A stretch of DNA of 63,957 nt, counting the filler, from Octopus bimaculoides (Eukaryota): NCBI RefSeq assembly GCF_001194135.2. It is 7 parts of 7 records of this genome, joined end to end, with 100 filler letters (N's around TTAATTAATTAA, not from the genome) between each part and the next. Parts side by side here need not be neighbours in the genome. Positions count along the whole stretch, not along the records: positions 40,147 to 55,825 come from NC_068998.1; 6 more parts are not named here. One strand, written 5' to 3'. Positions within the stretch are counted from its first letter, which is position 1. Each line of letters begins with the position of its first letter. Shown piece by piece: positions 40,561 to 54,789 of this stretch. Below the pieces are notes generated by a model. It had not been told where the DNA came from and did not search any database. It was given only the letters and a program-made list of their open reading frames with translations. The position numbers and the translations under genes are program-made.

Positions 40561-43500
40561 TCAAATTTTAACAACAATGTGCTCTGAGTTAACGAAATGT
40601 TTATCAATGATGGTAAAGCGTTTTAAAAAGCAATGATAATCAACAGGAATTTCTCCTAATACTTTTTGCACTGTTGCAATACCTGAAATGTAATCATGAA
40701 AGTCGTCTTGTAATTTTTTCACCGTATTCAATAACGGTCTATACATCATGAACAAGTGAACGGTATATATTGCAAAATGTATTGTTTCTTAAAATTTCGT
40801 AAGAAGAAAAAAATTATTTTAATTCGTGATAAGGCACCTTTACAAATAAGGGGTAATGAATATGGTGACAATATTTGTGATTCAGAAATTTAAAATCTGC
40901 AGGAAAATTCAGTTCTTCAATTAATTTACTACAGGTCATTAACATTTCCGTCTATGCAATGAAATTGTCTTATACATTGCCGCAGTCAGTTGACAGAAAC
41001 AAGTAAAAGAATAAACGAATAAAAAATACTCTAAAATAGAGTATTTTAGGACATATACATTTGACTTGCAGAAGAGCCATGTATTTACAAGGCTATACAT
41101 TTATATGACTCTTCTGACACTTTTATCAGTATATACAAGAAAGGCATGAAATAGTTTTCCGCATTTATTTTCAGATTTAACCCTATCGCCTTATTTGTTG
41201 CATTTTTAATACATTTGAAAATGAATCGTGTAATTAATTAGGTTAATAAGTTATATATATATTCCTTTTTTAACACGAATCGAAATATTTCAATATCGCT
41301 AGCATTCAAAATTTGTTTCCTTATTGCTTGGCAATATCTTCCACTGTGACTAGAAAGTAGGCTTTGTGTTCTATATAGATTTTTTCTTAATTTTCGTATT
41401 GATTTTATGCAGAAATTATTGGTCAAAGAGACGTACATTATTTCTTGATCTTTGCAAGTAAAAGAATAATTCTTACAAATGCTTCTCAAATATATATCTA
41501 TTGGGGATTATAGAATGGCAAGATAATATTACTAATGTCAAATACAGCGTGTAAATATAAATTGTATTGGAATTCGCTGTAGCAATAAGCTATAAAATGA
41601 TTTAAATCACTTTCAAAACAGAGAATTCCCTTGTGAATGATTTAAGCAAAAGTAATAAAATAGGAAAGCTAATACAATTTAGTCAGTTAAGTTGTCAATT
41701 TAAGTTAAACTCGGGAAAAGGATTATTCGCATATTATGTCGAAAATATGAGAAATAGATTTTTATTTTCATTTTAAATCAATAGTATCCATTTCTTTCTT
41801 TATTTCCATATGCATAAGCTGGCTTTTAGTTTAAACAAGATAAGTTCCATTATGTGGATATTCTTATTATTTACAACAATAATTTGAAATGAAAGAATAC
41901 ATACGTCTCAAAACAAGGCGTAATATAGGGATATAAGTAGAAAGAGTAATAATCGAGATATAATGCAGTTTGACACTGCAAACTGAAATATTGCATAATA
42001 TGAAAGACGACTAACGGAGTTTACATTTTTGTAATTTAAAAAAAAAAAATATTGCGTTGATCTTCTTTTATAAAATGTAAAAAAAAAAAAAGAAATATCT
42101 CGAAAACAAAGTCAAACGTAAAATGACAATAAATACATGAATGTGATCTGACAATTTCAACCTCAATCTACCATTAAGAAATATTCAGAAAGGCAGCAAC
42201 AATAAAAAAAAAAACTCTTCATTCTCAGAGGAAATAATAATAAACGGTCTGCTACTAAAAAGACAAACATAAAAGACAAACCGTTTTAGAACTAACAAAC
42301 CAGAAGTAAATATTACAAATAATGCACAAATGTTGCAAGTCATTGTAAGAAAAAAGCCGTAAGCTCTAAGCAAATAAAATATCGACTTTGTATTATAAAC
42401 TTCATGAAAGAAAAGAAAATTAAGAATCTATTTTTCCTCCTTTCGGACAGTAATACAAATTCTTCTGAAAATACATAATAAATAACAATGAAATTGCTAT
42501 AATTTCTCAATTCCATTTTATATCTACAAAAATATTCGTATGAGGAATTGATATTAACAATGGTTAATATCAATTTTCTTTTCTAATGAGTTTGAACAAC
42601 TCACAAATTATTTCGAATTTCATATTTCTATGTCTGACTTAAAGCATAAATCAAAATTACACTTTTCAATCAGACATAGAAATATACCCCATACCAACAT
42701 ATTTTTTTCACATACTGCCCTATGAAACCGAAACCACATTTTACATTGTTACATATCTGAATTATTAATGCAATGAGCTTTGCTTGTTTTGATCGAGGAA
42801 TTCACAGTGTAGTTACCTAATGGATTTCGTTTTCGTTACTTCTCATGCAGCCTGGCATTAATGATACAATACTTCTGGTATGCCTTATTTTTGCATCATT
42901 TATAATTAATTCACAGACATTTGGTCGCCTCTGCACTCCCGGCACACAACTGCAAACTTTGTATACATGGTACGATAACTTTCCAGAAATTGTTAAACTT
43001 CTGTTCAACGGAATATTCATGTATCTGAGGTTTGTTTCCATATAATGCAGACTCTAGCTCGAATACTGCATTTAAAACTAGGTCCTGCAAAACTTATATT
43101 TTATAAACAAGAACTAGGAACTATATCTGAGATCCCTGTTGTCCAGCAGTCAAGTAGAGTTCTCACTGTACAATTCTTGTATCAATTGTTTCCACTGAGT
43201 TTCTCTTACTAAAATGCTTCCTTACTTATGTTACTTTTCACACAGCAATGAGATTCCAAGTTTACATTTTCCAACATTGTGACTTTAATATGTTCTCTAT
43301 CAGCAAAGTGCTGGAAAACTTTAGATTCACTTTATCAAGTAAGACCTAGATAAATAATTGGAAAATTTTTGGTAGCCTTTTAAGAAATTATATGAGTCTG
43401 CCGTCGGCTTATAAGAGGCGGCCATACGAAGAACGCGACTTGTTGATATAACTTACTTCCACAAAAATTGTAATTCTTAAAATCGTTGTGAGCGATAGTT

Positions 43501-44170
43501 GGAACTGAAATCATTGCCAACATTAAAGTAATAAATACTCTGGGATTTCATATGAATCTAATTTACTAAACAATGTAAGGTAAAAGTTTATAAACGTGCA
43601 AATTATTGAGATTCTACCATATGTAAAAATGCCAAACAATTGAAAGAAAGATATCCGTTTCGATCATTTTATGAAGCAAGGTAGCGATTTGTAGTTAGCA
43701 GTATGATTTTTTCTTTTATTCTCTTCAGACTTTCTGTTTTACTTTCTTCAGCTCAGTTAAAGAGGCAGCAAGTAATTTTGTAGACATCCGTTCCTTTTCG
43801 CCAACTTCATATCAAACAAGGTAATATTGTATATGTTGGGGCATCCTATATTATGTTATTTTATTTTGCCATTCAAATACCTAACAAAAGTAATTTCTAA
43901 TTTTCAGGCCTTGTCCTGCAAATCAAAACAGTTAAATGACCGTTCAGTTGGCTTTGTTCTAATTAACAAGGCTACTGTGTTACGCAATAACAACTGACAA
44001 AAATGACCACCCACATCTGAAAAAAATATATCTTATTTGCAGTTAGCAGCAAGATATTTTACATAATTTTTTTCAATCCAATTACAGTTTGTATGGAACA
44101 TAAGCAACCTCACATCAGCTAAATCAGGTTTCATCTCATATTTATCAGGAACTCCATTCAATAATCTACT
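40561..44170 (-). pseudogene. Unassigned minus-strand coding-like island (decayed long ORF or set of exons)
   Basis: Hand translation: 44170-43760, 137 codons with 3 stops; 43084-42914, 57 codons open, bounded by ttttgcag and gtgaat; 41507-41088, 140 codons with 1 stop; 40755-40561 open. There is no microsatellite content, and stops are much rarer than expected at this AT level. Confidence 0.45.
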
Positions 44171-45659
44171 TTAAAATATGGAAGAACCAACAGTTTTCAG
44201 CAATATGTGTATGCTAAAGGGTGTAATTAGGATATGCATAAGCAGTTATATACCATGTCTTCAATGTCTTCGGATATTGCAAAAGTGAGGTGTTTTCATT
44301 GTACCGTAGAATTATTTTCACTTCTTTGAATTTCAGGCAGATTTTTATTAAACGTATGATGGATTTTTTATTAAACGTTTGATGGATTTTTATTATTAAT
44401 GAATTTACGTTAAACGTCATCACAATATCGATGTTTTCTCAGAAACAATGGTTTCCAGAACATATATATATTTTGTTTCAAGGAATTCCTTGAGCCCTAT
44501 TCACATTGATTTCCGATATACACACTGTCACAGGGACAGATGGATAGGACTTATTTGATTGTCAGAATAGAGAAATTTCACATTTCCAAAACGAAATACA
44601 CCTTGTTGGTGTTTGTATATGATAAGGTATATAATTTCAGATCGACCAGTTCCAGCACTAGTGAGAACGAGCTGGGGATCCTGATTTTTTCAACATAGTA
44701 ATGTGATAGAGATGATTTTGCAGATTGTAATCACATCACATTTGTCTATTCTCTCCTGCATATATGTGTGTGTTTGCATATCTGTATGAGTGTTGGTGAA
44801 TATATGCACAAACACACACACACACATACAACACACATATGCGCACACACACACACACACACACACACACCCACACACACACAAACACACACACGCACAT
44901 ATATATTTAAGAAAAAATGGGATTTAAAATCCTGACAGATATCAAATAAGCACTCAGTATAAAGGAATAAGTTTACATTTCCAACAGGTAGATAGCAGTA
45001 AATATATGTTGACTACTAATTCCAGGTAGATACTCATGTATGACATGTAAATCCAGTAATCCTTATGCAGAATTTTAAGAAATTCAGCGTATAAGCAACA
45101 ATCAATAATATCTACGGAGAAAGTCCTGTTTTCATTTTAGATAACACCTTAAAAATCCAACAGCTGTATCATTTCCGTTAACCTATACCTACGTACATAC
45201 ATACACATATACATACACACACTCACACACTCACATACACATTTATATATTCATACATACACATACACACATGTATATACATAATATTTTTAAAATTAAT
45301 AATGATATGTACGAAAAGTTGTGTCAACACAACGCTGACGAAATTCTAAGCATCTAAAAAAAACCTTAGCTGTTAAGAAACGTTTAGCAAAAACAAATGG
45401 CAAACCTAATTTGGCTTTAAACATTCATGCATTCAACCAAGAGCATCGTCATTAGAATTTCACCAATTGAGATTACCTTGATAATGTTGTGTTAACATAA
45501 TTTTCGTACAAACTAATTTTAATATTATGTATATATAATAACATATGCAGACACACATGCATGTAAATGTTAATGCAATTGAAACACTTGTTGGATTCTT
45601 AAGGTGTGATCTAAAATAAAGGTATGATTTTATTGGTACATATTATTGATTGTTATTGT

Positions 45660-45687
<28 letters not shown>

Positions 45688-45690
<3 letters not shown>

Positions 45691-46080
45691 GCAGGTGCGG
45701 CTGTGTGGTAAGTAGCTTGCATACCAACCACATGGTTCGGATTCATTCCCTTGGTAAGTGTCTTCTACTTAACATCGGGCCGACCAAAGCCTTGTGAGTG
45801 GATTTGGGAGACGGAAGCTGAAAGAATCCCGTCGTATATATGTATATACATATATGTATGTTCGTGTATATGTTTGTGTGTCTGTGTCTGTCCCCTCAGT
45901 ATCTCTTGACAACCGATGGTGATATGTTTACGTCCTGTAACTTTGATAAAGAGTCCGATAGAATAAGTACTAGGCTTTCAAAGAATAAGTCCTGGGGTCG
46001 ATTTGCTCGACTAAAAGGCGTTGCTCCAGCATGGCCGCAGTCAAATGACTGAAACAAGTAAAAGAGTAAACGAGTAAGAG
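45688..46080 (+). mobile_element. SINE family B, near full length
   Basis: tRNA-like head GGCTGTGTGGTAAGTAGC...GGATTCATTCC, internal (TA)/(TG) tract, tail GCATGGCCGCAGTCAAATGACTGAAACAAGTAAAAGAG. Confidence 0.9.
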
Positions 46081-47319
46081 TATATATATGTACATAGAAG
46101 GTCCAATAAACATGTCTTAATTACAAAATACGACAAATATTTCTGTGTGGTGTAGTAGCTGTTAGTTGCTAGTCATATGTCAATGCATGCCCTTACATAT
46201 ATCATTTTATAAATATCTGCATAAGTGAATATGATCCAGTAGCACTTATATGCTGGCACTTCATCAGGTAGTTTGTGTTGAAAGCACTACTGGGTTACTT
46301 TCATTTTCTATCTCTATAAGTGCCTTTGCATAATTAGCTTCTTCCCTTCACTGAATACTGTATAGATTCAAGGCGACACTAGTTATAACAATGCCACAGA
46401 ATATATTATAAAAATAAAAGTCATATAAGAAACAAACAGCTAAAAAAATGTAAAAATGTAGATCAAAACTAATATTCTATCCTTTTATTCTCTTGCAATT
46501 TCCCTTTTCTTTTTTTATCTATTACAATTTCTCTTTTTTTTTATACATAAGCATTTATAAACACAACTGCTTATGTGTATAATAGCTTATCTTTATGTCT
46601 GTTGCGTGTGATTATTTTCCTTGAGATGTCGTACGGTCATCACTTTCCCAGCAGGAAATCCTCATGCCTGGCATTACACTTTTAAAACTAAATTTCGTTT
46701 ATCCTGTTACCGAAGAAAATCGCTAAGGTTCTTAGACATAAAGATTTATTGAGCTTTACCTATCTATACATACAAATGTTCATTCACCAGGTGTATACAT
46801 ATAAATATTCATATCCAAACACACACGCACGCACACACACACACGCACACCCACACACATACACACACACACAAACAACACGCACACACACGCACATACA
46901 CACACACACAAACAACACATACATACGTACACAGAAATAAGGAATATATTATGTGCTGGCACGTTTATATACATTGTGGTATATACACATACTTTCATTT
47001 CTATATACTTACCTATACGTTTACTTTTATCTTACAAACGTACATGCGTACTTACACATGCACATACACAACTGTAAAACCAACAGACGTATGAACGTAT
47101 GTACATACACACATATACAGTGATTTGACGAAATAATGCAAGCACCTTGCTAATAAGTGTTTTATTATTTACTTTAGAGTTGGCCCGCCTTTAGCTGCAA
47201 TAAGTCGAAGAGTAGACTCGTACAGCTTCCTTCTCGACACATTCTAGGCGAAAAGATTTGATGAATGTCACACACGAATAGCAGTACAATTCAACATCGT
47301 GTTAAATGCCGTTAAGTAA

Positions 47320-47868
47320 CACCATAATGGTTGAAAATGGGTACGCCATTGCTGTGATTAAAGGACATCGAAAAATTCAATACCGTACACAAATACACGC
47401 CGACATCCTGCTTGCCACTTATGTGGAAATTATTAACTGGAATAATCGCAGAGTCAATGTACTGATATCTGGAGAAAATGGAGTGCTGTCACATGAGCAG
47501 AAGAGGTGCATGTGTAAGTGTAGAGGCACTAAGTATCAAGTTCTGGCAGAAAAACAACTGTACTCAGAGATTGCAAGAGGAGGAAAACTAACGAAGTCAT
47601 GCAATGAATCGATTATCGTAAGACATATGATATGATCCCAGATTCTTCGATTATGGAATGTATGAATTTATTTGGTATTGCATCAAATATTGAGCGATTG
47701 CTTGGGTAAAGTATGGTGAATTGGAGGACAGAACTGAGAGCATATAAAATACTTTTAAGAACAATAATAATCGGGAGTGGCATCATCCAAGGGTACTGCC
47801 TGTCCCCTCTGATCTTTGTACTGTGCATGATACCACTAACACTCATTGTGAGGAAAGTAAATATTATT
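47320..47868 (+). mobile_element. R4/Dong-like non-LTR retrotransposon RT fragment (N-terminal RT motifs), degenerate
   Basis: [60 protein letters not shown] across frameshifts. Confidence 0.85.
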
Positions 47869-47869
47869 A

Positions 47870-47958
<89 letters not shown>

Positions 47959-49870
47959 ATTGTTATATGTTTGACTTTATGTTGTATTTGTACAAGTTGA
48001 CTCCAACTCTCAGCCAGTGATCTCAAGAAACAAGTTAGAAGTTGGTATTGTGCCTAGAGTGTCATATATTTGGTGTTGCACATAGTATTGTTCTAGAGAA
48101 TGTTAAAGAAAGCATAATAAACTTCTGAGTTTTTTTTTTTTAATTTGAGATTACATAGCCATTGTTTTATGTAGGATATAAGCAGTTTCTATGAGCACCA
48201 TCTCTTGAATTTCTGCCATTTTGGTGTTTCCTGATTTTTGAGCTAGATAGGAATCAGTCCCTTTTGCTATAATTCCCATGGCACCTATGACAAGAGGTAT
48301 TGTTTTTCTTGAGGTTCCACATTTTTCCAATTGCAATTTGGAGATGCTTATACTTGCTCAGCTCTCCGTAGGTTTTGAAGAACACATTTATGTCCATTTG
48401 GACGGTCATATCAAGGAAGAGGTAAGAGTTTTGTCTAAAGTCTTTCAATATAATGTATGGCTTATTCGCATCTATGTTTCTGTCAGTTTGAACGGTGAAG
48501 TTCTAGAGGAGTGAGGCGTGATCATTTTCAAGTACTGGAGGTGGTTTGTGTTCCCACCAGTTTTTATCCTTTGGCAGGTCCAGGGTTCTGCAAACTAACC
48601 AGTGAATATATCTATATATAGCTCTATCATGTCTATTGAAATACTCATTTGGTACAAGAAGAATGCGCATGGAGACAACATAAACAATTGTTTCCTTTTT
48701 TGTTAACATACACGACATGATGGGTTACTGCCGTTCGATAATATGTTGGCCTGGTAGTTCCTTGTTGGTAGGCATTGATCTTTGTCTGCTATGATAAACC
48801 CTTCCGTTTCTGATTTTAAGGCAGATGACTCTAACTATTTATCGGTAAGGATTCGTTACCATCGACATTATATCGCTGGGTATTTGCGATTGAGAGATTT
48901 TACTTGCCATTTATCACTAAGAATATCTAAGACAGCAGGTTTAGCACTGGTTCTCATACGCTTTGCTTTTTTTTTTTTGTTTCCAGTACGTCTAATTCTG
49001 GGATTTCTTATTTAGATATTGTTTTGCCTGTTTTGTTACTGAACATTAGGCTTTCTTGTTTTCATGCTTTAAATCAAGTTCTAACATCCAGTTATCATAG
49101 ATTTTCAGGTAGATGTCTAGGCCAATTATCGCTATATTCATTGTTATTTCCAGTTGTAAGAGTCCTCCCTCTTTTCTTGGTAGGTAAAGTCGTTCTATAT
49201 CTGATTTAGGATGGTGCATTCTATGCATTGTCAACAATTTTCGTATTCTTCTTTCAAGATTACATATTTACGTAATTGACTAATTAATGGCATTTAAGCG
49301 GTAAGTCACGTGCGGTATGACTTAAGTATTTATCGCTTCGATCTTGCTTTTTTTTTTGCATTCAGCTCTTTGCTGAGTATTGCCCTTACCCTGCGATATC
49401 ATTCTCTTCTGATCCTTTCCTTCATCGTAGTTGTAACGTTTTGTTAGCAGTACATGACAGTCTAGGAAGGCATTGAGCCAGAAGTTAGTACTTTATCTCT
49501 TCCTGCTGACTTCCATTTGCTTGACTTCCTGAGAGCTGATCTTACATCCTCTACCTAGATACCTTTCCACATTTGCTCTTCTAAGGAATCTAAGTCAGTA
49601 GATATTCTATCAATCTCAGTTGCCTTTTTATTGTGAGTTTTCTATATAAGTTATACCATACGTGATAATGTTGTTATCTATATCAAGTTCTAGTGCATAG
49701 TTATTAATTGAAAGTGTTATATTGTCCCGTACACTCTGGACCGAAACTATTCCGGGTAATAGTTTTATAGTCCTATTTAACTTTCTAATATTAAGGGTGC
49801 AGACATGGCACTCAATGTCATATGCTAAAGCATATAATAATTCCACCATATACCTCTCGAAAACCCTATA
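47870..49870 (-). mobile_element. R4/Dong-like RLE non-LTR retrotransposon, internally deleted, with 3' UTR and long (TAA)n tail
   Basis: Minus strand: ELLYALAYDIE; VRSALRKSSKWKSAGRDK; a jump at ~49435 to MKERIRRE.YRRVRAIL; LTMHRMHHPKSDIERLY; RHDR..YIHW; LSKYKHL; TIPLVIGAMG; AYILHK; (TAA)n at 47870-47960. Confidence 0.9.
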
Positions 49871-52800
49871 ATGCCTTTTATATTTACGAAGGTGTCTAAA
49901 AAAAAGCAGTTGTGAGTGTGATCAGAATACCAGAGCAAACCATAATATGGCACTTTTATTCGATTTTTAAATATATATCCTTTATTTATTTAATCTTTTT
50001 ATTTGTTACAATCGCTTGACTACGGTTTTGCTGGATCACCGCTTGGAAGAATTTTAGTGGAACACCAGGGTTTATTTTTCAAACCAGTACTTATTCTTAC
50101 GGCCCCTTTTATAAACACAAGTATTCCAATTTCAATGTTGCCATTGAAAACAAACGGCGGTATATTGAAAAGATGTATGCTATGGGGAAAAAAATAAATG
50201 GGATCTTGCAAGGAATAACCGTACTCCTCCCATTTGCGCGCGCGTGCGTGTATTCGTAAATAGTATATTACTTCGGGGACAAGACGATTTCTCCTTATTA
50301 CTTGTTTCAGCTATCTCTTTTGGAGCCGAGTTATTTGGCTGCATTAAATATGCTTTCAAGGGTCAATCGGAAGACATGTGACATTTGGTAGATAGTGATA
50401 CATAAAATATGTATTGGTATTGTGGTTATTGAGAAAGGTTTTCTCTTTGTCAAGTTTGTTTACTTGGAAATCATTATTGCAATCAGGATACTCTTGATGT
50501 TTATTTCATTGGCGATGATAACGATTAGAAAGATGTTGAGAATTATTATGATTATGTAGTATTAACTGCGCTGATATAGGTTACGCACGTTGCTGTATAT
50601 GCATTTTATTTTCAAACAATTGACATTGATTTACAGATGTCTTTTTCAGTTTGTGTATCTTGCGTTTGTCTTTATTGCTTGCAAATATATCTGCGTCACT
50701 CTGATTCTTATTCCCTCTCTCACACAGGCTAATTTTCGATCTATGTATATTACATTATTTACCTAGTATCGTAACCATTATAGAGTATATGTGTGTGCAT
50801 ATATGCATATCCATATGTGAATATCTATGTATGTACGTATGGATGTTTGTATGTACGTATATATACAGAGTCTATACATATGCATATATGTTTATATATG
50901 TGTGTGTGTATATTTATATATCTATAGTAGTGCATAGAATAAACTATGACAGACGTGAATCAACAGGACTTCAAGTTCGTGTAATTATTATGCCCTGTTT
51001 TTTTCCCACTTTTTCATGTATTATTCACTGCTTTAGACTGATGCGATCATATGCAACCTAGTACGTTAATACGATGCGCAACCGGTTTTTAGATGGCAGA
51101 CATATTAAGTACGAAAACAAGGAAAGTTTTTTGTACAAATAACTTCAAATTTTCATCAAAATCTTCATTCACGTAGGAACGGAAATAAATAGTGAATGCC
51201 CTCTATTTCAGTCAATTTTCCCAACAATATTTTTATCACTCATTCTTTAATATCCCAACATAAATCAATTGGCTTTTCGATGATATGTCATTAGGTGGAA
51301 ATGCTTTCCACCTGTGTCTCTCTTACACAAACACACACACACACACACAGACACACATCCACACACATAATAGATTAGACTTCCACATTTTTCATGATTA
51401 CTGACGACGCTGAGTTGTGATATTTGGCAAATTCCGATGATAATTCCTGTAGATATTGTATTCAAATATAGGTTTCCTCGATGATTCCGAACGAAAATAT
51501 AGAGAGACATATATATGCATATCCATGTGTAACCGAATTAGAATTGACATGCTTAACATTTCCCATTTGTGTCAAACCAAGCATTTTACATAAACAGTGT
51601 TCTCACATATCGAATGGCATTTTATTCCTATTCTGCAAACAATATTTCAGTTAATATCTACAACGAATAATTAATATTCATGAATTGAGTCTACACTGAA
51701 TTTATACAGCAAATTATATTATATATTCCGGATTAAAAAATCGTTGTAAAGCATCGTATATATTTGTATAGTGTTTTTTTTTTTTATATGAAATATAATG
51801 TCTTTGTTCATTCTGTTCAGGATAATGTATACGTCGTATCGAAAATATGCACTTGTCGTGGATGTAACTATCCATTACAATGTTCTTCTTCCAGTAGATA
51901 TATTAGACGTATATATTTATATATTATTTATGTTATTATATGATCGAACGTGACACATCCGTTTCCAACATAAGTTTTATCTTAATAATAACTGCTGTGC
52001 ACTCTACTACTATTACTATCACTTGCCTGTCTATCTCTCTCCCTCTCTTGTTCTTCACCCTTTCTGTTTTTCTCTCTCAACCCTTCCCTATTCTTCTATT
52101 CCTTTCACCGTTCCCTCTCTCTCTCACCCCTCCTCCTTGACCCTCTCGTCGCTGACACGTGACGAAATGGATTCTTTCTTTCTATTTCCTGTCTTCCTAT
52201 AGAAAAGACGTGATTTTAGTGTCTCTCATTCACATCTAAAAGCGCTCAAGATAATAATTTTTCTATTGTCTTGGCCTAACACCCCTTACCGTTTGTTTTC
52301 CCTGTTCTGTCTTGTTTTTACTGTCCTGTTCTTGTTTACATTTTCACCCTCCGCAAAAAATTTCAAATTTTATTTAATTTGCTTTGCGGGAAGGACTGTT
52401 CCAACGAAGTCGCGTATTGTCCTTACCTTCAAAACGGGGGGTAGATGGAACAGGGACAACTGAAGAAGGGAAATATTCTTTATGTTGCATGTCTCGTTTC
52501 TCTGTTTGCTTAATTTTTTATTTTTTCTTTGTGCGAAAAAAAGTTCGTTTTCTGCTTTCGTCTTTATGTTTTCGTTTCTCATGGTGTTTAATGTTTTTGT
52601 GATGTCCTCTGCCCATATATGCATGGATGTATACATAGAGATGTACATATATGTATGGGTATATGCATATATTTATATATTATTTATGTTAGCATATATA
52701 TACATATATACACACACACATGCATATATATATATATATATATANNNNNNNNNNNNNNNNNNNNNNNNNNNNNNNNNNNNNNNNNNNNNNNNNNNNNNNN

Positions 52801-54789
52801 NNNNNNNNNNNNNNNNNNNNNNNNNNNNNNNNNNNNNNNNNNNNNNNNNNNNNNNNNNNNNNNNNNNNNNNNNNNNNNNNNNNNNNNNNNNNNNNNNNNN
52901 NNNNNNNNNNNNNNNNNNNNNNNNNNNNNNNNNNNNNNNNNNNNNNNNNNNNNNNNNNNNNNNNNNNNNNNNNNNNNNNNNNNNNNNNNNNNNNNNNNNN
53001 NNNNNNNNNNNNNNNNNNNNNNNNNNNNNNNNNNNNNNNNNNNNNNNNNNNNNNNNNNNNNNNNNNNNNNNNNNNNNNNNNNNNNNNNNNNNNNNNNNNN
53101 NNNNNNNNNNNNNNNNNNNNNNNNNNNNNNNNNNNNNNNNNNNNNNNNNNNNNNNNNNNNNNNNNNNNNNNNNNNNNNNNNNNNNNNNNNNNNNNNNNNN
53201 NNNNNNNNNNNNNNNNNNNNNNNNNNNNNNNNNNNNNNNNNNNNNNNNNNNNNNNNNNNNNNNNNNNNNNNNNNNNNNNNNNNNNNNNNNNNNNNNNNNN
53301 NNNNNNNNNNNNNNNNNNNNNNNNNNNNNNNNNNNNNNNNNNNNNNNNNNNNNNNNNNNNNNNNNNNNNNNNNNNNNNNNNNNNNNNNNNNNNNNNNNNN
53401 NNNNNNNNNNNNNNNNNNNNNNNNNNNNNNNNNNNNNNNNNNNNNNNNNNNNNNNNNNNNNNNNNNNNNNNNNNNNNNNNNNNNNNNNNNNNNNNNNNNN
53501 NNNNNNNNNNNNNNNNNNNNNNNNNNNNNNNNNNNNNNATATATACATGTACAAATTATGTACATATCATATATATCATATATGACTGATCTCTTGAAAG
53601 TGTTACATTCCACTCTGTTTCCTAAATTTTCATTGTGGTGTCAATATCATATAAACATTGAATATTATTCAAATGCACAATAATAATCCGCTTAACATAA
53701 TTTATAATTTACTGTGACTAGCAAATCGCACAGCTACGGTTATTTACATCAAGTGTTACAGTATTTTCATTTAAGAGTCCTTGAAGTGTTAACTTTCACA
53801 ACACTAATTTATAACATATATGAGAATGTGCCACCCTATCTCCCTGTGTCTCCCCATCTGTCTTTGTCTCTCTCTCATTTTCTGTGTGTGTGGACGTACC
53901 TGAGTGTGTGTGTGTGTCTGCCTGCGTGTTTGTGCTTATCTATGTATGTTGGAATATTATCTAATAATAGATATTGTTCAATGTCAATATTACATTATAG
54001 TCACTTTCGTATTTTGACCTTAGGATATTATTTGTATATAATCATTGTATATTTATTTGCGCAATAATGACTCCTTAATTTTCACAGTATTGAACAGTAT
54101 TGCGGCCAAATTGACTTGAGAAAGCCATGTAACTTTTCAGCTGATACTTATAACTGATATGATTTATTACATCGCAGCCTATCTAACTATATATTTATCT
54201 CTCGGACTGTCCTTATGTCTCTCTCTCTCTCTCTTATATTTATTTCTGTATTCGATCTTTGTATGTTTGCATAGAAATATATATGGAAATGAATATATAT
54301 ACATACATATATGTATATATGTTTATATGTATGTATGTATGTATGTATATATGTATGTATGTATGTATGTAAGTATGTATGTATGTATGCATGTATGCAT
54401 ATATGTATGCGTGAATATATGATTCAAAACTCTTTCTTTCAAACTTGTTGGTTATGTGAATTTCAAGTGTGACGCTGATTTTCGGCCAAAGGAATTCGAA
54501 TGAAAACAGTCAAATATATATTACCTGACGCTAGCCGGTGATTGGTCGAGAGAAGGCATGTGGTGTCAGAGTTTGATGTTGGTATTTCAACGACAAAATT
54601 TACTTGGAAAATGTTGCATGGTTTATCGGAAACTGACCGCGTGGTGGACAGGAAATAAGTCGCGCGGTTGTGGTGGTGGGAGGTTAGGAGAGGGCAGTAG
54701 ATGTGCGAGTATATACGTATATATGCGTTTATGTATATGCTTACACGCATACGTACATGGAAAGACGCACACACATACACAAACACACA

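Noticed and set aside
43750-43820. Plus-strand exon-like segment (ttcttcag...ACAAG|gtaata) as a TGase continuation
   Set aside because: The translation (SVKEAASNFVDIRSFSPTSYQT) shows no transglutaminase motif and lies antisense within the minus-strand coding-like island.
45331-45390. CTGACGA...GAAACGT hammerhead-like string
   Set aside because: Stem I cannot pair and stem II closure is poor.
49628-49849. Stand-alone 73-aa ORF, or LINE AP-endonuclease start
   Set aside because: Better explained as a frameshifted N-terminal part of the R4/Dong-like element that continues at 49620-49435.
52455-52500. CTGAAGA followed by hairpin AGGGAA/TTCTTT
   Set aside because: No GAAA...UH half of the core follows.
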